From positions 73,968,001-74,032,000 of the forward strand of contig OZ076409.1 of the NCBI GenBank assembly GCA_964187785.1: 64,000 bases of DNA. The letters run 5' to 3'. Position 1 is the first letter of the stretch; every line of letters begins with the position of its first letter. Under the pieces are notes generated by a model. The model saw only the letters and a program-made list of their open reading frames with translations, was not told the origin of the DNA and made no database searches. Positions 12,501 through 25,003 of the stretch are shown here, one piece after another. The translations under genes were made by a program, and so were the position numbers. Source of the DNA: Amphiscolops sp. MND2022 (Eukaryota).

Positions 12501-14293
12501 TATCACATACCGATCAACTCTACTTCTATTGTAGATTATCAGATTTTTGTTTAGAACAAATTTTTATGGATATAAAAAATTTTTAAACCCTCCAAAAATG
12601 AGCCAAAATAACACGAAAAAATGGACCCTAAATTTTTAAAATGTCAAAAAATTATCCAAACCACAGCTTCTTGGGGTTCTATCAGCTCCACGTGGTCCAC
12701 AGAGTATGCTAAAACAGGTTTTGCCCGTTTTTGAGCAGTATATGAAAAAGCCGACATTTTTGGGGAAGAAAAACATACCATTTCCTAAATAATTTCAAAT
12801 GCAGGCAATTTGCCGTATGAGAGTAGCACAGAAAACTATCACACACCGATCAACTCTACTTCTTTTGTAGATTATCAGAATTATGTTTAGAGTAAAGTTT
12901 TATGGATATGAAAAATTTTTATACCCTCCAAAATGGGCCAAAATGACACGAAAAAATTGACCTCAAATTTTTAAAATGTCAAAAAATTATCCAAACCACA
13001 GCGTCTTGGCGTTCTATCAACTCCAAATGACCTTCAGAGTATACCAAACCAGGTATTGCCAATCTTTTGAGCAATATTTAAAAACACCGACTATTTGGCA
13101 AGAACACCATAATATGTTCCATATAAGAAGTGAATCATTCCACATATATACCCGGTCTAATATTTACAAATTAGCGATAACATTTATACATGATGGTTTT
13201 TGAAAGTGAGCTTCATAAGAGCTTGAGATGTAATAATACGTAAATGGACCCTAAGTTTCATTGAAATCTCAATGGAATACGTCCAATCAACTTCAATCCT
13301 AACTATTATATAACAAAAAACACTTGAGTACATTCCATCTCCCCATCGGGGGAGATGAGAATGTACTTTCCAAAAGCCAAAAACTTCGAATTTTAAATCT
13401 TTTGTAACATTGTATGTAACTGTTGAAACGATGAACGAATAAAAATGCTTCTAGTACCTTCACCAATTTTTGCTTCAGCTCCTATTTCTGCAGAACAAAA
13501 CCAAAAAACACACTTACAGCAGTTAAGTTCGATTGTATAACTCAGTGAATAAAGGTATGACTGAGGAAGTTCACAAGTTGTTTCAAAAGTTTCCGGCCTT
13601 CCAAAATCATGAAACGTCCACACAACCAAGATAGCAAGTGATAGAATGCTGAATGCACCTTATTAGATGAGATAAATAATGTGTGGAACTTGCCATTATC
13701 TCAAGATGACGTTGATTTATGATCTTTTAAGGATAGTTCGATATGTGACCACAATAGTGGAAAACTTATTACTATTTGAAGAACACCGTGGAAAGCGTTC
13801 AGAAAGGACAGTATATTTGTTTCGAGCATGCATGCGTGTGTTCCTTTGGTGACGTTAGCTTAGTGTACATGACGGAGGTATTCGAGAGATTATGATAGAG
13901 TTTACTCACAAGTCTTTGTTTTTTTAAACTTTCTATGCCGTTGAGTACATTCGTAAGGTACATCCATCCCCTTCTCTGGGAATGTACGTTTGCCAAATGA
14001 CTGTCATCCAAAATTCGTAATCCGGACGAGTTTAACTACATAAACATGTGATGAGCGTTTTCAATTCACAACCGAATAACATTTTTTTTCTCGAAAATGA
14101 TGATGGTTTTGATTTTGATGTCTTCTACTTTTATCATCATGCAAACGACCTTACCATGTCTCTCTTCTGTCGTCATTTGTACAACGCCACATAGCGTTCC
14201 GACGCCCACCGTCTGTGGGCATGCCGAGGCATGCCCTTCGACGACGTATGCCAAATGAGCCATACCCGCACTCTGGAGTGCGGTAGCGGCTAG
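9532..14293 (+). mobile_element. Unit 4, 4762 bp, 4.76-kb class (near-identical to unit 2)
   Basis: ORF track repeats at offset 6744. Core 14217-14236, CTAG 14290-14293. Confidence 0.75.
11767..13115. repeat. Internal tandem repeat, ~4 x 336 bp (unit 4)
   Basis: Same monomers as unit 2. End approximate. Confidence 0.88.
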
Positions 14294-17200
14294 GTGGGCG
14301 GGGGTAATTCCCCAACAAAAAAATCGGCCGGCGGGTCGGGTCCTGCCGGCCGTCCAAAATCAAAATCCTCCTAGTAGAAAACGGCATGTCAAACGAGCTA
14401 TTTTTTTATTTAACCATTAGAATTTCACCATTTTTTGCATGCGGCCCTGAAATGGCCATACGAGACGAAGTTCCTGCTGACGTTTTGCGATGTAAATGTT
14501 TTATAAAAAGTTATGGCCGATTTGTCATTCACCTAGAAGGGTAAAATGAGGAAAATTTTAACAAAGTCGCTGATAACTCAAAATGTGTTAATTTTTGGAC
14601 TTTGACTGTGAAACAAGCTTGGAACCTTCATTTCGTGGCTGTGGCATTGCACTGAACGCAAAAGATGTAAAGTTTTTACATTTTTTGAAAATTTGACATG
14701 TTTGAAATTTCTTTCACTACTATCAGTATCATATATGTCAAAAACACCTCAGAAAAAAAATTTTATTTGCTTTAACTTGGAAACCTTGGTATCCATGGTT
14801 TCTGTCGGAACCTACTCGCAACCAAACAACCAACAGTTTGCATCCAATGTGAAAATAAAAACTTTTTCTGGGTCATAAGCGTTTCACAAGGATTTCTCAA
14901 CTTAGTATTAATTTACAAAATGGTCATTTTGAACACAATATTTTCATCGAGGCTTGTCGGCTATAGCCTTAATGTTCTAGAACGGTCCCACTGGCAACGT
15001 AGGAACCATTTATAGTAATAGAAAGTTTAAAAAAATATATTTTCACCCTGTCTTCAGTCATTTTTCAGTCATTCGGAACTTAACTTAGAAAAATTTCGAC
15101 CAAAATACCCATTTTTTGACAGATCGAAAATTCAAATTCAACTTTTTAAGCAAAATTATTAACTCTGACGTAACCAGTGGGGCTCATGATACTCAAAAAC
15201 ACGATTGGGACTGGTACCAATGGCTCCAATATCATATGAGCCGCGATAAGACGTTATTTTGAGCAATACGTCTCAATTGAGGGAAACATCTCGCAAGCCT
15301 GGGATCACAGTTAAAAGTGATTTCGTCAAAAATTTACTCTTTTTCGTCTATCACTATGTACACAGAGTGCGTAGGGTGAGTTTCAGCACTATAATGCGGT
15401 TTTTGAAGGAATCGGTCTGCTCAAGGGGTGGTATGAGACATTTTTTTTGCATGTAGTACTATATTTCCTAAAACTTTTAGCCCATTATCTCGAAAAGCTC
15501 ACTTCGCAAATTACTTTCAGTTACTCTATTCGAAGCTTAGAATATATATGAACACTGTGGTTGATCAGAAACTCTTGACTATTTTGTTTTTGGAAAAAAA
15601 CTGCCTTGCATGTGTTACATTAGTGGCAGGAAAAATACCAGTAGCTCCAAAAATCACAATTTTGGACGGACAGACCTGCAATGATGCAAAGCAAAAACGT
15701 TTCAACAACTTCTGGCGCCACTTTTTTTACCCAAGAGGTTCGAAATTACTATTAACAATGCTGACATTCGCTATAAATAAGATCGAGGACAATTTACTAA
15801 CACTTAGGTTATACATTTATATCTGAGAAACCATTCTTTGTCAGGTCGCAATTTTAAATTTAGTTTGGGAAGCAATACTTTTCACTCTGAAGCAAACCGT
15901 TGGGCCCAAATTACTCAAAAACTACAAAAAGACTGTCACCAAATGCCCTAATAGCATATGAGATTCGACCGTATGTTTTTAACACAAAAACTCTCATCCG
16001 AAGTAAACATGTTGAAAGCCTTGAATCACCGTGAGAAATGATTTCATCAAAAATATCCCTTTTTCGTCAATCTTTATCTACACAGAACACGTTGTGTCAT
16101 TTTCAGCCGTGAAATGAGCTTCTACCGTAATATGGGTTGCTCAAGGTGTTGTATAAGACAAAAACTTCCTCTTTTCTACTATCTTCTTCAAATATTTCAA
16201 CCCTTTGTCACAAGAAGTTAATATTCAAAATCTCTTTGAAATGTTTCTTTAGGTTGGTGTGAAGTGTTAGAACAATAATTAAGATCGAAGAATGATAGTA
16301 TTGGTGTTTGGACCATATCCGGATGAACAAATTGCAAAATCATGAAAAATTTCTTACCATTTTTGGTCATTTTGTCAGTACTAAAAATGTTAGCTGAAAA
16401 AGAATTTTTTTGATGGCACCATTGGATTCCTCTCAAAAAGTTAGCTATATGAACTGTGTAATAACCCCGTATCTTTTCAATTTAAATAATTTTAAAAAGC
16501 AAACTTTTTTGACTAAAATCCTAAAAATCATACCATTTCCTAAAAAATTTCAAATGCCCCCCATTCGACGTATAAGAATAGCACAGAAAACTATCACATA
16601 CCGATCGACTCTACTTCCATTGTAGATTACCAGAATTTTGTTTAGAACAATTTTTGACGGATGCAAAAAAATTTAAACCCTCCAAAAAAGGGCCAAAATT
16701 ACACGAAAAAATTGACCTTAAAATTTTAAAATGTCGAAAAATCATCAAAACCACAGCTTCTTGGGGTTCTATCAACTCCACGTGGTCCACAGAGTATGTT
16801 AAAACAAGTTTTACCCGTATTTGAGCAATATGTGAAAAAGCCGACTTTTTTGGGAATGAAAAACATACCATTTCCTAAAAAATTTCAAACGCACCCCATT
16901 TGACGTATAAGAATAGCACAGAAAACTATCACATACCGATCGACTCTACTTCCATTGTAGGTTACCAGAATCTTGTTTAGAACATTTGTTGACGGATGCA
17001 AAAAAAAATAAAACCCTCCAAAAATGGGCCAAAATTACACGAAAAAATTGACCTTAAATTTTTAAAATGTCAAAAAATCATCAAAACCACAGCTTCTTGG
17101 GGTTCTATCAACTCCACGTGGTCCACAGAGTATGCTAAAACAGGTTTTACCTGTTTCTGAGCTATATGTGAAAAAACCGACATTTTGGGGAAGAAAAACA

Positions 17201-19055
17201 TACCATTTCCTAAAAAATTTCAAATGCACGCCATTTGCCGTATGAGAATAGCACAGAAAACTATCACATACCGATCAACTCTACTTCTATTGTAGATTAT
17301 CAGATTTTTGTTTAGAACAAATTTTTATGGATATAAAAAATTTTTAAACCCTCCAAAAATGAGCCAAAATAACACGAAAAAATGGACCCTAAATTTTTAA
17401 AATGTCAAAAAATTATCCAAACCACAGCTTCTTGGGGTTCTATCAGCTCCACGTGGTCCACAGAGTATGCTAAAACAGGTTTTGCCCGTTTTTGAGCAGT
17501 ATATGAAAAAGCCGACATTTTTGGGGAAGAAAAACATACCATTTCCTAAATAATTTCAAATGCAGGCAATTTGCCGTATGAGAGTAGCACAGAAAACTAT
17601 CACACACCGATCAACTCTACTTCTTTTGTAGATTATCAGAATTATGTTTAGAGTAAAGTTTTATGGATATGAAAAATTTTTAAACCCTCCAAAAATGGGC
17701 CAAAATGACACGAAAAAATTGACCTCAAATTTTTAAAATGTCAAAAAATTATCCAAACCACAGCGTCTTGGCGTTCTATCAACTCCAAATGACCTTCAGA
17801 GTATACCAAACCAGGTATTGCCAATCTTTTGAGCAATATTTAAAAACACCGACTATTTGGCAAGAACACCATAATATGTTCCATATAAGAAGTGAATCAT
17901 TCCACATATATACCCGGTCTAATATTTTCAAATTAGCGATAACATTAATACATGATGTTTTTTGAAAGTGAGCTTCATAAGAGGTTGAGATGTAATAATA
18001 CGTAAATGGACCCTAAGTTTCATTGAAATCTCAATGGAATACGTCCAATCAACTTCAATCCTAACTATTATATAACAAGAAACACTTGAGTACATTCCAT
18101 CTCCCCATCGGGGGAGATGAGAATGTACTTTTCAAAAGCCAAAATTTTCGAATTTTAAATCTTTTGTAACATTGTATGTAACTGTTGAAACGATGAACGA
18201 ATAAAAATGCTTCTAGTACCTTCATCAATTTTTGCTTCAGCTCCTATTTCTGCAGAACAAAACCAAAAGACACACTTACAGCAGTTAAGTTCGATTGTAT
18301 AACTCAGTGAATAAAGGTATGACTGAGGAAGTTCACAAGTTGTTTCAAAAGTTTCCGGCCTTCCAAAATCATGAAACGTCCACACAACCAAGATAGCAAG
18401 TGAAAGAATGCTGAATGCACCTTATTAGATGAGATAAATAACGTGTGGAACTTGCCATTATCTTAAGATGACGTTGATTTATGATCTTTTAAGGATAGTT
18501 CGATATGTGACCACAATAGTGGAAAACTTATTACTATTTGAAGAACACCGTGGAAAGCGTTCAGAAAGGACAGTATATTTGTTTCGAGCATGCATGCGTG
18601 TGTTCCTTTGGTGACGTTAGCTTAGTGTACATGACGGAGGTATTCGAGAGATTATGATAGAGTTTACTCACAAGTCTTTGTTTTTTAAAACTTTCTATGC
18701 CGTTGAGTACATTCGTAAGGTACATCCATCCCCTTCTCTGGGAATGTACGTTTGCCAAATGACTGTCATCCAAAATTCGTAATCCGGACGAGTTTAACTA
18801 CATAAACATGTGATGAGCGTTTTCTATTCAAAACCGAATAACTTTTTTTTTCTCGAAAATGATGATGGTTTTGATTTTGATGTCTTCTACTTTTATCATC
18901 ATGCAAACGACCTTACCATGTCTCTCTTCTGTCGTCATTTGTACAACGCCACATAGCGTTCCGACGCCCACCGTCTGTGGGCATGCCGAGGCATGCCCTT
19001 CGACGACGTATGCCAAATGAGCCATACCCGCACTCTGGAGTGCGGTAGCGGCTAG
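14294..19055 (+). mobile_element. Unit 5, 4762 bp, 4.76-kb class
   Basis: Near-identical to unit 4 except for a variant patch near 14415-14545. Core 18979-18998, CTAG 19052-19055. Confidence 0.75.
16529..17875. repeat. Internal tandem repeat, ~4 x 336 bp (unit 5)
   Basis: Same monomers as unit 2. End approximate. Confidence 0.88.
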
Positions 19056-21039
19056 GTGGGCGGGGGTAATTCCCCAACAAAAATTACGGCCGGCGGGTTG
19101 GGTCCTGCCGGACGTCAAATAGCAAAGAATATCTAGTAGGAAACGGCGACACAGAATCGCGATTTTTAAATCTAACCACAATTTTTTGGACTTGGAGTGC
19201 ATGCGGCCCTGAAATGCCCATACGAATCGAAGTTCCTGCTGACGTTAAGCGATTGAAATAATATATAAAAAGTTATGGCCCATTTTTCACTCACAAAGAA
19301 GGGTAAAATGAGGAAATTTTTAACAAAGTCGCTGATAACTCAAAATGTGTTAATTTTTGGACATTGACTGTGAAACAAGCTTGGAACGTTCATTTCGTGG
19401 CTGTGGCATTGCACTGAACACAAAAGATGTAAAGTTTTCACATTTTTCGAAAATTCGACATTTTTGAATTTTTTTTCACTAGTATCAGCACCCCATATGT
19501 CAAAAACGCCTCAGAAAAAAATTTTTATTTGCTTTAAATTGGAAACCTTGGTATCCATGGTTTCTGTCGGAAACTACTCGCAGCCAAACACCCAACAGTT
19601 TGCATCCAATGTGAAAATAAAAATTTTTTCTGGGTCATAAGCGTTTCACAAGGATTTCTCAACTTAGTATTAATTTACAAAATGGTCATTTTGAACACAA
19701 AATTTTCATCGAGGCTTGTCGGCTATAGGCTTAATGTTCTAGAACGGTCCCACTGGCAACGTAGGAACCATTTATAGTAATTGAAAGTTATAAAAAAAAT
19801 TTTTCACCCGTTCTTCAGTCATTTTTCAGACATTCGGAACTTATCTTAGAAAAATTTCGTCTCAAACACCCATTTTTTGACAGGTCGAAAAATCAAAGTA
19901 GGATTTTTAAGCAAAATTATTAACTCTGACGTAACCCATGGGGCCCATGATACTCAAAACAACGATTGACACTGGTATCAATGGCTCCAATAACATATGA
20001 GTCGCGATAAGACGTTATTTTGAGCAATACGTCTCAATTGAGGTAAACATCTCGCAAGCCTGGGATCACAGTGAAATGTAAATTCATCAAAAATTTACTC
20101 ATTTTTGTCAATCACTATGTGCACAGAGTGCGTAGGGTGAGTTCCAGCACTATAATGAGGTTTTTGAAGGCATCGGGTTGCTCAAGGGGTGGTATGAGAC
20201 ATTTTTTTCTATATACTACTGTATTTTCCAAAACTTTTAGCCCATTATCTGGAAAAACTAACTTGACAAAATACTTTCAATAATTTTATTCAAAGGCTAC
20301 AATGTAGATGAACCCAGTGGTTGATCAGAAACTTTCATCTCTTTCGTTTTCCGAAATATTTCCCTTCGCATGTGTTACATTCATAGCAGAAAAAAAAATC
20401 GAAACTGAAAAATACGCTATTTTGCTGATATAGAATCGCAATGATTGTGCCTAAAAACTCTTTAAACACTTCTAACGCAACCTTACGCACCCAAAATGAT
20501 CGAAAATGCTATTCACAATGGTGACATGTGCTCTTTCTACGATCCTGGCTGGACAAGGTTTGCATATTTTTCAAGTACCTGTTAACTGAATCTCGTGATA
20601 GCCTTTTAAGTTGGCCTTGTGTCAACTTGGGAAGGCTATCACATCAAAAAACCATCAACAAAAATAATTTTTGTTTATTGGATCTTACAGTCGATATATA
20701 ATTTCGTGATTCTATACTACCGTTAGTACCTTCCATTAAGTCACCTGACGATTGCTTTCAGTCTTTGATAAATACCTATGAACTCGAAGTCTTATTTATA
20801 AATTTTGTGCTAAAAATAAACATCAAAACTATCCAAATTATTTAAAATTGAGTCTTTACCGTTTTTGTTTTTCTTTTTCTACTCTTATTAGGCTCATCAA
20901 CTTCCTACAGCCACGCTCTCTGTCATACTGTACAACGCCACATAGTGTTGCGACGTGCACGGTCTGTGGGCATGCCGAGGCATGCCCTTCGACGACGTAT
21001 GCCGAATACCGCGGGCCTACGCCCGCGCTCCCCGGCTAG
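19056..21039 (+). mobile_element. Unit 6, 1984 bp, ~2-kb class
   Basis: H2 hairpin near 20595-20642, core 20968-20987, CTAG 21036-21039. Confidence 0.75.
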
Positions 21040-23013
21040 GTGCGGGGGGGAAACCCCAACAAAATTTTTGGAGGATTCGGGTAGGGTCCTGAATCCGAGT
21101 TCAGTGCTGCCAGCTTTCGTTAAGAAAATTTGGATAGGATTCGGGATCTCGTGATCTAACCATAGGATTTTAAAGTTGGAGCGGCCCCCACCAGATTTTC
21201 CGAAAATTAGCGCCCCCCACCGGGTTCCATACCCCGGAAAATTTTTTTCTGGCCACACGGGCGACCGTTAGGGGGTCATTTTAGGGGTAAAATTCATATT
21301 GGGCCACATAACTTTTTTTCTGTTGATTTAAAACTTTGGGACCCTGCTAAAAGTTTCTTGACCGTGTTGCAAGGGCTCCGGAGGTCCAAACCAAATTTTT
21401 CTATCTTGAAGCTATCTCCAAGTACCCCCCCGCCCAAAACGTTATTTTTCCGGAAACGCAGGTTTTAGACCCGGAAGGAGTCGTCTGAGCGCGGGGTCGT
21501 TAGGTGATGTTTTGGGGACGGCCTTAAGACGAAGTGGGGGACATGTAGTTTGTCAACCTCAGTTTACCCCCCGGACAGGAAATGACCGTTATATGAGCGG
21601 GAAAATTGCCCCCCTCCACGTTTTACCGCTATTTCCGGTGTGAAGGAGTGGGAGTAGCGCGTCGGGTGTTATATAACAAAAGTAGGTTTAGACAAGAACC
21701 TATCGGAAACATGTAGTTTGGGACCCTCTGGACCAACCCGTTAGCGGGAAATGGCGCTTCCGCTTCCTTTTTTTACTGCTAAAACCGTAAAATGGGCATT
21801 GAGGGGTAAATATCTCGTGAACGCGTGGAGCAATCGTGTCCATCACTACTACAAGGTTTCATACCCATGATATGGTGCCTTCAGGGGGGCAAACAGATTT
21901 CCGCTATCTATCACCGTTACGGACTTGGCCCCCCAGCCTAACCGCTATGTGACCGGAAATGTCACTTTTTGAGCCCAAAGGGTCGGTCCCAGCCGGGGAA
22001 CGTTAGGTAACTTATTGTAGTACTCAATGAGACGAGTTGGGGGACATAGTTTCAGTCACCCCCCGTTACCCCTTGGGACCGGAAATGACCGTTATGTGGG
22101 TAAATTTGCTTTTTTTATACTCTTTGAAGTGGATTTATGTGCGGAAGGAGTGGTAATAGGTGCTTGGACACTATATGAGGTAAGGGAGGACGTGAGGCGA
22201 GCATTCGGAAATAACCGTTATGTTGACCCTAAAGTCCCCCTGGTACCGGAAGTGACCCGTAATGGTCAAATTTTGTGTTCAAAGGGTACAAATGTTTGGT
22301 GTTTTATGGATAACAGTGCCTATTAGGTGTTTCGACGGTCTGCAGTCGTGAACATATTCATGAAACCTTGTGGGGGGTAACGGTATAAAGCACCGGAAGT
22401 CCAAACCTTTGGAGAAAGGATAAGTTTTTTGGTTTTAAAATGTCTTTCGGCCTACTTTTGTCGACTATTACGGTCTATTTTTGAAAAATAATGTTTTTCC
22501 ATATAGTTTCAGAGACTCCGAAACCTCAACCAACATAACCGTTACGTTATGATAGCCTTTCAAGTTGGCCTGGTGTCAACTTGGAAGGGCTATCCTTCAA
22601 AAATCATTAATCAATTGTGTTTTTGAGTATGTTTGTATTACTTTAGAATCAATTAGAGCTTCAAAAAAGTTTGCCAACGACAAAAACTATGTCGTGATGA
22701 TTCCGTTATTAGAATAATGGTTAAGAAAATGTTGATAAATTTGATTTTTTACATTTCAAATGTGTCCTAAATGCCAGAAAACCTCTTTACCAAACAAATG
22801 GTATTGAGTGAATTGTATATAACAGCTAATAAAAGTTCAAATTGAATATTACGTTTCATTTTGGAAGCTGAAACGTCATATTGTAGTTTAATTAACGTCA
22901 ACGCCACATACTTTACATCAACGCCCACCGTCCGTAGGCATGCCGAGGCATGCCTTTCGACGACGTATACCAGATTCCACCCACACAACACCCCCGAGCG
23001 CGGTAGCAGCTAG
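21040..23013 (+). mobile_element. Unit 7, 1974 bp, ~2-kb length but a different, GC-richer body
   Basis: Starts GTGCGGGGGGGAAACCCC. Left hairpin 21073-21096, many CCGGAA motifs, H2 at 22551-22594, core 22936-22955, CTAG 23010-23013. Confidence 0.7.
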
Positions 23014-25003
23014 GTGGGCGGGGGTAATTCCCCAACAAAAAAATCGGCCGGCGGGTTGGGTCCTGCCGGACGTCAAATAGTGTGAAACATCCAGTAGGAA
23101 ACGGCGACATAAATCAGCGATTTTAAAATTTAACCGTTAGAATTCGGACTTGGAGTGCATGCGGCCCCAAAATGCCCATACGAATCGAAGTTCCTGCTGA
23201 CGTTAAGCGATAAAAACATTTTATAAAAAGTTATGGCCCATTTTACGTTCACCTATAAGGGTAAAATGAGGAAAATTTTAACAAAGTTGCTGATAACTCA
23301 AAATACATTAATTTTTGGACATTGACTGTGAAACAAGCTTGGAACCTTCATTTCGTGGCTGTGGCATTGCACTGAACACAAAAGCTGTAAAGTTTTCACA
23401 TTTTTTGAAAATTCGACATTTTTGATTTTTTTTTCAATACTATCAGTACCCCATATGTCAAAAACACCTCAGAAAAAAATTTTTATTTGCTTTAAATTGG
23501 AAACCTTGGTATCCATGGTTTCTGTCGGAACCTACTCGCAGCCAAACACCCAACAGTTTGCATCCAATGTGAAATAAAAAATTTTTTCGAGGTCATAAGC
23601 GTTTCACAAGGTTTTCATGATTTAGTATTAAATTACATAGTGGTCATTTTAAACATAAAATTTTGGTCCAGGCATGTCGGATATAGTCTGAATGCTCACG
23701 AACGGTCCTACTGGCAACGTAGGAACCATTTATAGTAATAAAAAGTATTAAAAAATTTTTTTCACCCGGTCTTCAGTCATTTTTCAGACATTCGGAACTT
23801 AACTTAGAAAATTTTCGAACCAAATACCCATTTTTTGTCAGCTCAATAATTGAAATTCAGCTATTAAAGCAAAATTTTTTACTCTGACGTAACCAGTGGG
23901 GTCCATGATACTCAAAAATACGATTGGGACTGGTACCAATGGCTCCTATATCATATGAGCCGCGATAAGACGTTATTTTGAGCAATACGTCTCAATTGAG
24001 GTAAACATCTCGCAAGCCTGGGATCACAGTGAAATGTAATTTCATCAAAAAATTACTCATTTTCGTCAATCACTATGTGCATAGAGTGGGTAGGGTGAGT
24101 TCCAACACTATAATGAGGTTTTTGAAGGCATCGGGTTGCTCAAGGGGTGGTATGAGTCATTACTTTCCTATATACAACTGTATTTTCAAAAACTTTTAGC
24201 CCATTATCTGGAAAAACTAACTTGACAAAATACTTTCAATTACTTTATTCAAAGGCTACAATATAGATGAACCCTGTGGTTGATCAGAAACTTTCATCTC
24301 TTTCGTTTTCCGAAATATTTCCCTTCGCATGTGTTACATTTGCAGCAGAAAAAAAAACTGAAACTAAAAAATACGCGATTTTGCTGAGATAGAATCGCAA
24401 TGGTTGCGCCTAAAATCTCTTTAAATACTTCTAACGCGACCTTACGGACCCAAAATGATTGAAAATGCCATTCACAATGCTGAAATGTGCTCTTTCTACG
24501 ATCCTGGCTGGACAAGTTTTGCATTTTTTTCAAGTACCAGTTAACTGAACATTGTGATAGCCTTTCAAGTTGGCCTTGTGTCAACTTGGGAAGGCTGTCA
24601 CATCAAAAAACTGTCAACAAAAATACCATTTGTTTATAAGATATTGCTGTCGATGCTTCACTTCGTGATTCGATCATGTCGTGAGTTCCTTCCATCAGGT
24701 CAGCTAACATTTGGATTCAGTGTTTGATAAGAACCTATGATTTTCATGACAATTTTTGTTTTTTTTTGCCAACAAAAAGTACGAATAAATGATATAAAAC
24801 ATATTTGTAACCTTTAGGAAGTTTAACTTTACCTTTATTTACCGTTACCATCGCCACCCACCCCCTACGACCTCGCAGTGTCCTCATTACAACGCCACAT
24901 AGTGTAGCGACGCCCACAGTCTGTGGGCATGCCGAGGCATGCCCTTCGACGACGTATGCCAAATATAGCGTTAGCCCGCGGTCACTACCGCGGTAGCAGC
25001 TAG
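23014..25003 (+). mobile_element. Unit 8, 1990 bp, ~2-kb class
   Basis: Same subfamily as unit 0. Core 24925-24944, CTAG 25000-25003. Confidence 0.75.

Noticed and set aside
2788..19055. rDNA, 5S, histone or snRNA tandem gene cluster
   Set aside because: No recognisable rRNA, snRNA, spliced-leader or histone sequence in any unit. A novel small RNA from the GC-rich junction cannot be excluded without an Rfam search or expression data.
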